NCBI RefSeq assembly: GCF_016432865.1
Contig: NC_067399.1
Coordinates: forward strand, 665,756,001 to 665,820,000
Direction of reading: 5' to 3'
DNA from: Antechinus flavipes
Lineage: Eukaryota
Length of the DNA stretch: 64,000 nucleotides
The first letter of the stretch is position 1. Every line of letters starts with the position of its first letter. This document shows positions 1-12,369 of this stretch, one piece after another. Under the pieces are notes generated by a model. It did no database searches, had not been told where the DNA came from, and saw only the letters and a list, made by a program, of their open reading frames with translations. The position numbers were made by a program, and so were the translations under genes.

Positions 1-564
1 CAGATCCTTCTCTCTGAAATCTTCCAGCCACCCAAAAGGTAATATAAATTTAAAAAATAAAATAAAATAAATGCATAGACAAAGAAATTGAGATTGAGAG
101 AAGCCAAGTAAGAGTCCAGGGTCACATAAGAAGGAGAACTGCGATTGGAACCTGGAGTTCCCTGAGCCTGGCCCTTGGGAGACAGTTAGCTGATTGATTA
201 ATCTTTGATTATTCTGTGATCTTTTTTTTTTTTTTTGGATCAATGTACATTTGGCATTCGAACAACGGAGCTGTGCCCTCTGCAGCAGAGTGGAATGCTT
301 GAGAGTTTATTCAAGAAACAATTTCAGTGTCGGGTACTTTATCCTGCCAGGTGATCTTCAGAAAAACCTCAAGACGGCAGGAGCAGTGGGGCTCACTTGG
401 GATGATTACTTGTGGCATTCTGACTAGGTAAGAGTAGCACTGACCACAATGACAATTATAAAGTACCCAGCAGAGCGCCTTGTTCAGAGTAAGCACTATA
501 GAAATGTTAGCTGTTAGCTATTGTTACACTGGTTATTAACATATTATAGTAACTTTTTATAGTC

Positions 565-752
565 TTCAAGGTCAGCAGAGCACTTTCCATGGAGGATCCT
601 GATTGATCATCCCGGCCATCCTGTGAACTTGAGACAACAGGGAATATTCTCCCATTGTACAGATGAGGAAGCTGAGGCTTGAGACTTATTTAAAATTACA
701 CAGTGTGTGACCAAGGCAAGGTTTGAACCAAGAGTCTCTGATTTAGGAACAA
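565..752 (-). mobile_element. MIR-type CORE-SINE fragment
   Basis: Reverse-complement CORE motif cccattgtacagatgaggaagctgaggc followed by a degenerate B-box region. Confidence 0.6.
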
Positions 753-774
753 AACATAGAAGATGCAGGACAGG

Positions 775-965
775 TTTGAGCTTGGTAAAAGGTAAAACTT
801 CCTGACAATGTGAGCTAGCAAAAAATGACACGGGCTGCCTCGAGAAGTGGTTGGGTTTCCTTCCATTTGAAGTCAGAAGGAGTATTGTGGGGGAATCTGA
901 GGTTAGGATACAACTGGAACAGATTCCTTATGAGCTCCCTCCCAACTCTGAGGTTCCATGATTCT
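775..965 (+). mobile_element. L3/CR1 LINE 3' end
   Basis: aaaacttcctgacaat...gggctgcctcgagaagtgg...ctcccaactctgaggttccatgattct resembles the CR1/L3 tail. Confidence 0.6.
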
Positions 966-1084
966 TGGACTCCAGATGTGATATTCTTTCCACTCCTTAT
1001 CTCTGCCTCCTTGGGACATTGAAGGCTCTGGCTGCGGGAGCACAGAGCCTGACCTAGGAGATGGGAGAGAGAGAACTCGACAAC

Positions 1085-1240
1085 AATTTCCCTTAGTAGC
1101 TGATCCTGCCTCGCAGTAGGAAACAGTCTCCACCTCTCCCTCCCCAGACTGGAGGCAATCAATGTTTAGGAATCATCCCTCTTCTGGTCATTGTTGAGAA
1201 AGTTTCTTTTACATAAAGTCTAAATTTTCCTTCTACCCAT
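1085..1240 (-). mobile_element. L3/CR1 fragment
   Basis: ttgttgagaaagtttcttttacataaagtctaaattttcc is typical antisense L3. Confidence 0.45.
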
Positions 1241-1249
1241 CTGTCCTTT

Positions 1250-1745
1250 AGTATCAACTAATTAATCAACAAGCACTCGTTAAGGGTTTAATATGTGCCT
1301 TTCACTGTGCTAAATACTGGGAATGCAAAAAAGAAAATTCTACTCGGGGAGCGAACGCACTAGGTACGTACAGGGTATATAGAAAAGAAGGTTCATCTGC
1401 AGGGAGAATGAAAAAGTCCCCAGGTAGGTCTTCAAGCACCAGGGCAGATGGCAAAGCCCAAGAATTCTTAGGTTATGTCAGTAGCCAACATGACAATATG
1501 AAGGACTGGGACTGGAGGCAGGAGGACTCTAGGAGGTAGGATCAGAAAAGATGGCCAGCTTTGGTTGTACTCCATCCCACCAGACAGAATAGGATTAGTG
1601 ATTTTTGTTAAACTGCATAGGCCCTCAGAGAAGGCAAAGGGAGCAAATCAGGGAGAATGGCAGCCATGATGAACAGTTTGAGGGCAACCTGATGAGAAAA
1701 ATGAGATTAGGAAGATTACACCTTCATCAATACATTAATAAAACA
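1250..1745 (-). mobile_element. L2 LINE 3' fragment
   Basis: Starts tcaactaattaatcaacaagcactcgttaag...atgtgcc (antisense L2 tail), followed by purine-rich L2-like sequence. Confidence 0.55.
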
Positions 1746-1859
1746 TTTATATAGCATAAGGTTCAAGGATCCTATTGGAAGGGAAATAGACCATCGTTGG
1801 CAGACATGATTTGTGCTCCTGGCTCCATATTTGTACAATTTTAAGAAAATCATTTCATC

Positions 1860-2765
1860 AAGCCATTCTCCAATTGATAAATGGCCAAAGGATATGAACA
1901 GACAATTTTCAGATGATGAAATTGAAACTATTTCATATATGAGAGTATATGAAAGAGTGTTCCAAATCACTATTGATCAGAGAAATGCAAATTAAGATAA
2001 CTCTGAGATACCACTACACACCTCTCAGATTGGCTAAGATGACAGGAAAAAATAATGATGAATGTTGGAGGAGATGTGGGAAAACTGGGACACTGATGCA
2101 TTGTTGGTGGAGTTGTGAATGAATCCAACCATTCTAGAGAGCAATTTGGACCTATGCCCAAAACGTTATGTTTCTATTGGGCTTATACCCCAAAGAGATA
2201 CTAAAGAAGGGAAAGGGACCTGTATGTGCCAAAATGTTTGTGGCAGCCCTGTTTGTAGTAGCCAGAAACTGGAAAATGAATGGATGCCCATCAATTGGAG
2301 AATGGCTGGTTAAATTGTGGTATATGAATGTTATGGAATATTATTGTTCTGTAAGGAATGACCAGCAGGATGAATACAGAGAGGACTGGCAAGACTTACA
2401 CGAACTGATGCTGAGTAAAATGAGCAGAACCAGAAGATCATTATATACCTCAATAACGATACTGTTTGAGGATGTATTCTGATGGAAGTGGATCTCTTCA
2501 ACAAAGAGAAGATCTAACTCAGTTTCAATTGATCAAGGATGGACAGAAGCAGCTACAGCCAAAGAAAGAACACTGGGAAATGTATGTAAACTGTTTACAT
2601 TTTGGTTTTTCTGTAACCTATTTAACATGTAAAGGATTGCTTGCCATCTGGGGGGAGGGTGGAGGGAGGGCAAAAGTCAGAACAGAAGTGAGTGCAAGGG
2701 ATAATGCTGTAAAAAATTACCCTGCCATGGGTTCTATCAATATAAAGTTATAATTATTTAAAAAA
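1860..2765 (+). mobile_element. 5'-truncated marsupial LINE-1 (ORF2 C-terminus, 3'UTR and A tail)
   Basis: ORF 2168-2482 LGLYPKEILKKGKGPVCAKMFVAALFVVARNWKMNGCPSIGEWL is the L1 ORF2 C-terminus; G-rich 3'UTR; exact 17-bp TSD aagaaaatcatttcatc at 1843-1859 and 2766-2782. Confidence 0.95.
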
Positions 2766-3199
2766 AAGAAAATCATTTCATCTCTCTTTGACTTTTCCTT
2801 ATTATAAAACGAAAAGCATTTACTTGCTCTCCTAGGAATGTCTCTGAATATCAGAATGAGTCACCGTGTTCCTCAGGGTAGGAGATTGGAACAATTGAAC
2901 GAGGGCAGCAATAAGGCAGGGGAGTTTGATTGGAGTGGGGAAAGGAGGAGGCTGGAGATGAACCCTACCCACTTAAGAATTTTGCCAACTGGTCGTTGCC
3001 TTCAGTGTTTGATGAAAACCTATTTAGGAACAGGCTTTCATCCCTTCAACTTCTTTATAGTCAGGTTTCTTCTTATATTTTATTTGTATTTAAGCTTCCA
3101 ACAAGAAGATTTTTTCGACTGCTAGGTTCTTTTGAAGATGTTTCCTTAACTCAGAGGGAGTTTAATTGTGTCTCTCTCTATTTCTATGCCCTGCATTAA

Positions 3200-3840
3200 T
3201 CTGCTTGATTCACTGCGGGGACCTTCTGTTGAGTTTGCTTATAGCTGTAGGCAGGGCCCAAAATTGGCTGGCTGAAGACACTGTTCAGTCTAGTGCGGTG
3301 ACATCCATTAGGACTGGGAAGCTAGTCAGCCCCTGGCGAGCTACGCCTTTTAAGCACTGAGGGTCAGCTGGCTGGGACCAACGTGGAGGGGTGGGGAGAG
3401 GAGAACAACAGGAGATGCGCGATAATGGCGGTGACCTGAGAACAAGGTTGACAGACATCAATCTCAGATCTTGAAGACGCCTCATCCAAAGTCATAACCT
3501 CTGTGGCTGGCTTCCTGGTGCTCAAAACCTCCAGAGTTCTATGTCTCTGGCTGGAATAAAAAAGGGTGATGACATCTGTTAATCAGCAGTACCCAGCATT
3601 GCGCTAGAAGAATCCAAAAGCAACAGAAACACTTCAATGTTCGTTGATTGAGAAAGAAAGAAAATCGAGAACAGTAACTGACCACGCAAAGCACGGTGGC
3701 TAGGTATAGGCAGGCGAGCTACTTAACCCACCTACACCTCCGACAGTCCTGACCAGGGCTGGTACTCTGTCCACCACCCCGACTAGCTGCCCCCACCAAA
3801 CTGCTGTCTAATGATGGATGACTGCGCCATCTTGTTCTTG
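3200..3840. promoter_or_regulatory. CpG-enriched unique segment with YY1-like motif
   Basis: About 18 CpG counted by eye in about 650 bp against a CpG-poor background; AAGATGGCG on the minus strand at 3825-3833. Confidence 0.3.
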
Positions 3841-3869
3841 GGAAGTCCATTCTTAGAATTTAAATGAAA

Positions 3870-3945
3870 GACTTTATATTTATTATATATATATATATTA
3901 AATATATATAATATATATTATAATTATATATATATATATATTAAA
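3870..3945. repeat. (TA)n-rich microsatellite
   Basis: Near-pure alternating AT run. Confidence 0.9.
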
Positions 3946-4636
3946 TTCAGCCCTATGTTCTAGTCTGTCAAGAGGTTTAGGAATATGGACTGCTATTGAT
4001 TCTGTTTTCTATTCCTCCTAGTTTACTGTAGTTTTACTTAAAGATTAATCTATATTTTAATCCAAGTCCTTGGTAATAATATTCATCAGTATAAGAGTAA
4101 GCACAAATGCCAGGGCCAGTCCCCTGGAGACCTTCTTCATGGATACAAAGAAAGGGTAACAAGCAAGATGAATGCAAGGTCCTTGGTATAAGGACACGAA
4201 TATGACCTCCTAAACATAAACTGATGAGGCTCGTATTTTTCTAGTATAATTAGTACTACTGATTTCCAATCATTAAGTTCTGGGTAAAACCAGAGAAAAA
4301 TAATTAACCTAATCCTAACTCTCTGATCTTAATCCAGGGAAAACTTTAGAGGCTTTTGTTCAATCCTTTGAAATCCATTCTTCCCAAATCTAAGGTACAT
4401 GTCAGCTGCACCTGCTTTTTCTCTCCCTTTCAGTCATAAGCACAAAGATAGGGGTCATATAAGTAATATTAGTATTATTAGTGCAATATACTAGTGATGT
4501 TAGTATTATAATTACTGGTATAATATTTTTATTACCAATTACATACTATGTTACATCTATTATATATGATCTAATGACTGAATTGTATATTATATGGTAA
4601 TGGTACATTTATGTGTACCTTAAGAAAAGAAGAGAG

Positions 4637-4766
4637 GGGGCGCAGTGGATAGAGCACCAGCCCTGAAGTCAGGAGATCCTGAGTTCAAATTTGGTCTCAG
4701 ACACTTAACACTGCCTGGTTGTGTGACCCTGGTCAAGTCATTTAACCCCAATTGCCTCATCAAAAC
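4637..4766 (+). mobile_element. WSINE1-like short tRNA-derived CORE-SINE, slightly 5'-truncated
   Basis: cgcagtggatagagcaccagccctgaagtcagg...gagttcaaat...cttaacact...aaccccaattgcctca plus A tail; 12-bp TSD aaaagaagagag at 4625-4636 and 4767-4778. Confidence 0.85.
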
Positions 4767-5078
4767 AAAAGAAGAGAGAGAGAGGACCTCTCTGAGGCAG
4801 AAGTGAGGAGGGAGAGACCATCAATCCTTGCTTGTGATCAGTTTTTTAGACTCTTCATCTACTTCCTCCTTTTTCCCCAGGTGGTCTCTCCTAAATGCTA
4901 AAGTCTGTTTCATGTCTGTTTCAACCATCCTTAATGATGTGTTTCCTCCTCATCCTTTCCACGTTTCCTGCATTTTCTCACAAGGGAAAATCCCCTTAAT
5001 GCAAAATCTGTCCAGGGGCAGTCATCTTTGATGGCTTCTGAGATCCCTTTCTGTCTTAGCAATTCTATGACTCTAAGA

Positions 5079-5270
5079 CAGGGGACCTCAAACTACGTCC
5101 TGCGGGCCAGATTTGGCAGCTGAGGATATTTATCTCCCTCACCCAGGGTTATGAAGTTTCTTTATTTAAAGGCCCACAAAACAAAGTTTTTGTTTTTACC
5201 ATAGTTTGGCTCTCCAACAGTCTGAGGGACAGTGAACTGGCCCCCTGTTTAAGAAGTCTGAGGACCCCTG
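5079..5270 (+). mobile_element. Non-autonomous hAT MITE, OC1/OposCharlie1-like
   Basis: 192 bp; TIRs CAGGGGACCTCAAACT and (reverse complement) CAGGGGTCCTCAGACT match at 14/16; perfect 8-bp TSD ctctaaga at 5071-5078 and 5271-5278. Family name is from memory. Confidence 0.9.
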
Positions 5271-5964
5271 CTCTAAGATATTCTTCCTCATCTCTGAGCA
5301 CCTCCTGTGGAAGCTCCACCCAAGTTCATCCCCTGTCACAGAGGTGAGAGGCTGGCTCCATTTCTTGGTTTCCTCTCTTCAGATTCCACTGGGCATGTAA
5401 TGGCGGCCTGTGTGTTTTGGGAGCAGGGAAAATAGGTCTGAAAACGAGTTTCTGTCTCCAAGCCATCTAATCCCAGCCTTTATTGTGAGTGATGGTACAG
5501 TAGATTCTGTAAATATCTTTCATTTATTTCAAATGACAGGTTTTATTCTCCATGAATGACTTCAGGAGTGTCTGAATCAGCAAAGAAGAGAAGATAAGAA
5601 GAAGGAGAAAGAAGGGGAGGGCAGGGTGGAGGATAACTTCTTTGTAAGCCTTCAGAGAGGTGTCCGGGGACAACGACTTGGCTGATTGATTGCTGAGCTT
5701 TCTGGCACGGCACAAGGCCCAAGAAGCTCTGAACTCCCATCTCACAAAGGTTTTAGTAGTCAGTACTCTCTGTGACTTATATTCTGTCACTACCCGGGTA
5801 AGTCTGGGAATGTGTGTAGATAGCCCATTTTAAGTTCCTTCTCTTTTTTGGTTCCTCCTTCTTTGAAGGGGTAAATATAGTACGGTGGATAGAACTTGGG
5901 TTCCAATGATCCTTACTCCTGTTTGGGCTGGAGGAAATCATTTAACCTTCCTAAATCTCAAGTT

Positions 5965-6445
5965 TCAGGGGATCTTGAATTTGGATGGGAAAAATTACAT
6001 TGTTATTTTCACTAAACTTCAGTTTTCTTGAGAATCCTATATTTGACAAACTGCTTGCATTTTTGTTTTTCTTCCAGGGTTATTTCTACCTTCTGAATCC
6101 AATTTTCCCTGTGCAACAAGAGAACTGTTCGGTCCTGCACACATAGATTATATCTAGGATATACTGCAACCTATTTAACATGTATAGGACTGCTTGCCAT
6201 CTGGGGGAGGGGGTGGAGGGAGGGAGGGGAAAAATTGGAACAGAAGTGAGTGCAAGGGATAATGCTGTAAAAAATTACCCTGGCATGGGTTCTGTCAATA
6301 AAAAGTTATTTTTAAAAAAAGAGAATCCTATATTTGTATTTTATGCACTTAAAAACATTTTTCTGATGCAAGATCCATTGGTTTCAACAAGTGTCAGAGT
6401 GGTCCATGACACACAAAATGTTAAGAAATTCTTTCCTAGATCTAT
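5965..6445 (+). mobile_element. Old hAT-Charlie-type non-autonomous DNA transposon, split by an L1 insertion
   Basis: ttggatgggaaaaattacattgttattttcactaa...tattttatgcacttaaaaacatt...ggtccatgacacacaaaatgttaagaa resembles Charlie/MER-type elements. Confidence 0.6.
6046..6320 (+). mobile_element. L1 3'UTR fragment (275 bp) nested in the hAT element
   Basis: L1 3' end with G-tract and A tail; exact 16-bp TSD gagaatcctatatttg at 6030-6045 and 6321-6336. Confidence 0.92.
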
Positions 6446-7152
6446 GATGCTCCTTCTTTCCAATGACCCCTCCTCGCTACCTTTTTGGCCCACAAGGTTC
6501 TAGGAGATGGGATTACTTATTACAGTGGGCTACTTCAACAACCTGTATGTATGGTCCTGCCTTTCTCACTCACTTCTCTCAAATGGGACAGGAAAAAGAA
6601 GAAACAGAGGAAAGGCTTAGCCATTGGGGGGCTTTTGTGCTGGGAGTTAAAACCGAGCAAGAACATGGGCTCCCATGAGAGAGGGAAGAGAAAATAAAAA
6701 GAACAGGAACTTTAAATGGCTGCCATGGTGCCCCACCCAAAATCAATGCACCTTAAATAGTTATGGATTTACCTGACATCCACCCAGACAGCCACCAGAA
6801 TGCACACTACAGCATGGACTCCCCAAGCTGGATTCGTCTCCGTAATCCTCTCTCCCTCTTGGGGCCGAGTGTATTGGGAAATACAATTTTAGCTGTTAGG
6901 CCACACTTAGGCCACAAACCTGTACTTATCTGAAGAGCTCTTCCATCTCCTCATAGCCATTATATTTCAGCAGCTTTGGGAGCTGAGACAGTTTTTCATG
7001 CTAATTTTGTGCTTCCGGGGATCTGTCTACAATCTCATCCATACACGTCCATCCTCCACCTGTGTCTATTCTAATCTGTCCCCAGTAATCAAATATAAGT
7101 TCCCAGAGGGCAGCGATGATTTTGGGTTTTATTTCCCAAGTGTCTAGCATAT

Positions 7153-7388
7153 ACAGGTCGTTTTTCAGTCTTGCCTGACACTTGGTGATTTTCTTGGCAG
7201 AGATGCTGGATCAGTTTGTTATTTTCTTCTGCAGATCACTTTAAAGACAAGGAACTGAGGCAAACAGGGTTAAGTGACTTGCCCGGGGTCACACAGCTGG
7301 TAAGTATCTGAAACCAGATTTGAATTCAGGAAGATGAGTCTTCCAGCTTCCAGGTCCAGTGCTATATCCACTGAACCACCTAGCTACC
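7153..7388 (-). mobile_element. MAR1-like marsupial CORE-SINE
   Basis: Antisense ttttcttggcagagatgctgga...aactgaggcaaacagggttaagtgacttgccc...tatccactgaaccacctagct. Confidence 0.8.
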
Positions 7389-7589
7389 ACTCTAGATGTA
7401 GTACGGACTAAATAAAACCTTGTTGATTTATTGACTTCATTTTGTACCATCTCCTTTTAGAAATTCTTCAGAGTTGTTTATCTAATGTACTGGAAGGCAC
7501 CCTCCCTTCCTAGTCATCAGTCTAAAGTTCTTAATAAATTAATACTTTGTGATTTTTATTAACCAGTTAATATTTTATTTGTTTTTCTT

Positions 7590-10500
7590 TCTAAATCCCT
7601 TCTTTCCCCACTTAATAATATTTAATTTTTAATGATATGTAAAGAGAGCTTTTAACGTTAATTTTTCATAAAATTTTGACTCCCAAATTTTTCTCCCTCC
7701 TTCCTTTCCCTTTCTCCTCCCTAAGACAGCCAACAATCTGACATAGATAACACATTGCAATCGTGATAAACATATTTTTACATTCGTCATATTATGAAAG
7801 AAGAATCAGAACAAAAGGGAAAAACCATAAGAAAGAAAACATAAAATATAGAAAGTAGATATAGTATGCTTCAATCTGTATTCCTACTCCACAGTTCTTT
7901 CTTTAGATATGGAGAGCATTTGCCATCATCTTTTGAAATTGTCTTGGATCATTTGCTGAGAAGAGCCAAGTCTGCCAAAGCTGATCCTCACACAATGTTG
8001 CTATTACTGTTCACAATATTCTCCTGGTTCTGTTCACTTCACTGAGCATCAGTTCATTTAAGTCTTTCCAGATTTTTCTGAAATCCACCTGCTCAGCATT
8101 TCTCCTCCCCACAATAGTATTTTATTTTTCCAAATAGATATAGAGATAGTTTTCAACATTCATTTTCCTAAGATTTTGTGTTTCAAATTTTTTCCTTCCC
8201 TTCCTTCCCTCCTTCCTCTCTGATACAGTAATCAATTTGTTATAGGTTATACATGTACAATACTTTAAAAAACTATTTCCATATTTGTCATGTCTGCAAT
8301 AATGTTTTCCAATTTTCCCAGCAGTTTTGTTAGTGAGTTATCCCAGAAGCTGAAATCTTTGGGTTTGTCAAACAGTAGATTAGTATAGCCATTTACTACT
8401 GTGACTTGTGTATATGATCTATTCCACTGATTCACCCCCTTATTTTTTAGCCCGTACCACATAATTTTGATTATTGCTGCTTTATACTATGGTTTTAGAT
8501 CTGGAATGGCTATGCCACATTGCATCATTGCCATCGATTTCTTTGATATTCTTGACCCTTTGTTCTTCCAGATGAATTTTGTTATTTTTTTCTAGCTCTA
8601 TAAAATAATTTTTTGGCAGTTTGATGGGCATGACTCTGAATAAGCAAAGTCAGTTTAGGTAGAATTGTCATTCTTATTATTTCAGCTCAGCCTACATGTA
8701 CAATCATTAAACATATTTTCACATTAGTCATGTCATTAGTCTAACAATTGATATTTTCCCAGGGTTTAGTTCTGACTTTATTTGTGTAAAAAGTGTTTGG
8801 CTTTGTGTTCCTATGTTCTTTGCTCTCTAGTGATTTTAATAGGAAGGGCTACTGTATTTTGTCAAAAGCTTTTTCTGCCTCTATTGGCTTGATCCATGTG
8901 TCTTCTGTTTTATTATTTATATGGGTAATTATGCTGATAGTTTTTCTAATAAGAAGGAAAAAGATAAATGTCTATATCCAACTGAGTATGTATATTATTC
9001 CAACTTTGAGCCAAATCCAATGAGTACAGTTTCCCGTGTAGTTTTAAACAATTTAACCTTATTGAATATTTTTTTTAATTTTCTGTTTATCTTTTTGTAC
9101 TTCTCTTAAGTCTTGTATCTGAAGATCAAATTTTCTGTTCAGTTCTGGTCTTTTCATCAGAAAAGTTTGAAAGCCTCCTGTTTCATTGAATGATCTTCCT
9201 TTCCCTGGAAAGGTCATGTTCAATTTTGCTGGGTAGTTGATTCTTGGAGCTTGTAGTCCAAGTTCCTTTTCCTTCTGAAATATCATATTCCAAGCCTTTT
9301 GATTGTATAATGTAAAAGCTGCTAAGTCCTTGATATTTGAATTTTTTGGCTACTTGCAATATTTTTTCTTTGATATGATAGTTCTGAAATTTGGCAACAT
9401 TATTCCTTGGAGTCTTCATTTTGGAATCTCTTTCAGGAGGTGATCGATAGATTTTTTTTCATGACTATTTTATCCTCTAGTTCTAATATATCAGGATAGT
9501 TTTCCTTGATTTTCTTGAACATGTTGCTCAGACTCTTCTTCTGATAATGGCTTTCAGATAGTTTAATAATTCTTAAATTATGCCTCCTGAATCTATTTCC
9601 TCTGTCAGTTGTTTCTCCAGTGAGGTAGTTTACATCTTCTTCTATTTTTTCATTCTTTTGATTTTGTTTGACTTATTCTTGATGTCTCATGGTGTCAGCT
9701 TCCACTTGGCCAATTCTAATTTTTAAGGAATTATTTTCTTCAGTTTGCTTTTGTATCTTTTCCATTGGCTAATTTTACTTTTTAAGGAATGGTTTTCTTC
9801 AGGTAATTTTTGTCCTTCCTTTTTCAAGCTATTGATTCTCTTTTGCATAGCTCATTTCTTTTCCTAATTTTTCTTCTATTTCTTATTTGATTTTAAAAAT
9901 TCTTTTTTGAGCTCTTCCAAGAAGGTTTTTGGGGCTTGAGACCAATTTATATTTCCCTTTGAGGCTCTTACATATAGGCATTTTGATACTGTTGTGCTTT
10001 TCTGCGTTTGTGTTTTGATCTTCCCATTGCTTTCTATGGTCAGGGATCTTTTTTGGTTTTTGCTCATTGTTTAACCTATTTTGTGACTTTTTAAAGTTGA
10101 ATTATCCTCTTGGGGCAAAGAAGACACTACCCAGTGCTTCTTCTGCTGGGGACAAAAAGCCTGGGCACTGATTTTCTGGCCTTTCCAAGCCTGTTGTGCT
10201 GGTGGTTCTGGGAATAGTAGTTTGTTTTCTATGCTGGGACTGGAGACCTCACTTCTAACTTGCTGAGTCAAGATGGAGGGCTTCAATTGCTGATCTGTGT
10301 TGTGACAGAGTTTTGTGACTTACCCAGTCACTTCCATGTTGGGCTACACTTCCCTTTTATTCAACAGAGTCAGATCTTTCCTGAAGACCTTCTAAGTTAT
10401 CTTAAGCTGGAGAATTGTTTCACTCTGCCTGTTGGAGGGTCTGTAACTCCAGAATCCATGTAGAAGCTTGATTTAACAAGATTTCTGAGGAAAACTAGGG

Positions 10501-10600
10501 AGAGCTCAGGCAATTTTTTTGGGCTTTTCTCCAGCTTGATTTAACAATATTTTTGAGGGAAACTAGGGAGAACTCAGACAACATTTTTTGGCTTTTTTCC
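7590..10600 (-). mobile_element. Old, internally deleted LINE-1 (5'UTR, ORF1 remnant, ORF2 pieces, 3'UTR); may be composite
   Basis: Minus ORFs 9059-9419 give L1 ORF1 motifs (APRINYPAKL, PELNRKFDLQ); about 8830-8900 reads EAEKAFDKIQ (RT); 8265-8462 is an ORF2 piece; L1 3'UTR at about 7590-8260. Confidence 0.85.
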
Positions 10601-12369
10601 TCTTCTCTGAAGCCATTCTCTTAAAAAAAAGATTTTGAAGAGTAAGCTGCATCTATGATGTCTTTCTCTCCTATACAACTGCCCCTTTTCCTTATCAGCC
10701 ACATAGGTCATCGATAACATCCTTTGTACCTTTTGTCATCTGCAGTTCAACATTGGAATAGGTTTCAGACAGATCCTACCTGCCAGGTCAGTGTGGCACA
10801 AAGTATAGAGCCAGAATTAGAATCGGGGAGACCTGAGTTCAGATTCTGACTCTGAGTTTTATTAGTTGTGTAATTTAATATCACACATCTAGAAAAATTG
10901 TCTGGATAAGGTATTGATCTGTATTGGTGAAGGGATCTTCTCCTCTGTTCCCTACAGCAGGGAAATCACATGACTACTCTGTGGGGACAACGAGACAGAC
11001 TATTAGAAGTGACAACTGACCAGGGTATCTGGGACATACAGGGAGAGGAAATCTATTTCTTTCTCAAGAAACCTAGTTTCTTGTCTAGGCTGATTTCCCA
11101 ATCAGATCTGTGCCAAAAAGTTAGAGCCAGGAAAGTTTTTAAACTCAACACCCTCCTTGTGTCCAAGTGGGAACTGAAGTCCAGAGGTGTAATAATCAAA
11201 GGGTAAATAAAAAAGCCAGGATTCAAACCTGAGGCCTCTAATTCAAAGGCTTAGAACTGGGACTTGCTGCCACCTTTCTTCCTCAATTATGAGGTTTTAT
11301 CTTGGGGGCCTAAAGCCAGGCCTTCTCACCCGTCCAGGAGCTCCGCGCAGCCTGGGTTGTGTTTTGGCTGGGAGAAGAAGAATTTTGCCCTGTAGGGGAG
11401 TCTGAAAATAACAGTAATAATCAGAAAGGTAACAACATGAGATAAAAGCCAGCATTTTTGAAAATTCACGGTTAGCCACAAAATGGTCTCCTTCTGACTT
11501 GGGGACTGACAAAGCTTGATTAAAGATGGAGACTTTAGTTAGCAAATTGAATGTCTGTGAAAACAAAGGTTTTTTCTGGATTAGGGAATTTCATGAGGCA
11601 CCTTCAATAACTGGCTGTATTGTCCCCAAATGCAGTAAGGAGCAGAGAGCCTGCCTTTAAATCCCCTTCCTCTGATTCCAAATCAGGAAAACTTTCAACG
11701 GCACCCTATAAGGCTAGATAATGGCAAAACCCAATCTTGCCCCTACACCTGTCTTCCAGAACGCTTTCCACTGCCTTATAGAATACCCTCAAGTGCTCAC
11801 TCTCTAAAATGGGAAAAATGAAAACAGATTCGTCCCCTTTTTTATGGGTTAGGGGTGAGAGGGAAAAGTAGAGGATGACATATGCATTACAAAATCAAAC
11901 TCATCCTGAATGTCTCAGGTCTTCCTAAACTCCAACACTGTTCATTGCACCATGCAGGAATGATGATGATGGAGATGAGGAGTAGAACACTATGGGTAAT
12001 CACCTTACAGTCTTCGAGTAACAATGGGACAAGGGATCCGAATGCAGTTCCTGAGCAAGAGAGAGGAAAAGAGGAGCAGGTTTATGAGGGATAACTAGTC
12101 CAAAAATGGCTGCATGAAAGACCAACCACTGGGTCTCCAGAACACCTAAATGTAGTGAGGTTTCACCAATCAGGTCAGCCCAGCACGAGTGCTATGGGTC
12201 CAAAACCTCCTCTAAGGTCTGTTCTTTGCCCTAGTGGGAAGATGAAGAGGGACAGATAAAGTAGACATTGGCATGGGAGAACTCCTAAGCTAATTTTTAC
12301 ACATTTTGTACCATTTTTCTATGTACATGTGGTTTCTTTCTAGTAAGATGTAAGCTCCTTGAAGGCAAG

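Noticed and set aside
351-427. Exon-like segment with good splice sites (atcctgccag / TAG|gtaaga)
   Set aside because: No frame gives a recognisable protein and no partner exon is supported; such matches are expected by chance in 64 kb.
4637-4766. tRNA-like A/B boxes (here and in other SINE heads)
   Set aside because: These are tRNA-derived SINE promoters, not tRNA genes; no cloverleaf is present.
6200-6230. G-quadruplex-like G-tracts (also in other L1 3' ends)
   Set aside because: A known general feature of L1 3'UTRs, not locus-specific.
6920-7045. Minus-strand protein-like stretch (MDEIVDRSPEAQN*HEKLSQLPKLLKYNGYEEMEELFR*)
   Set aside because: Stops in all minus frames and no family recognised, so it cannot be supported as an exon or pseudogene without tblastn.
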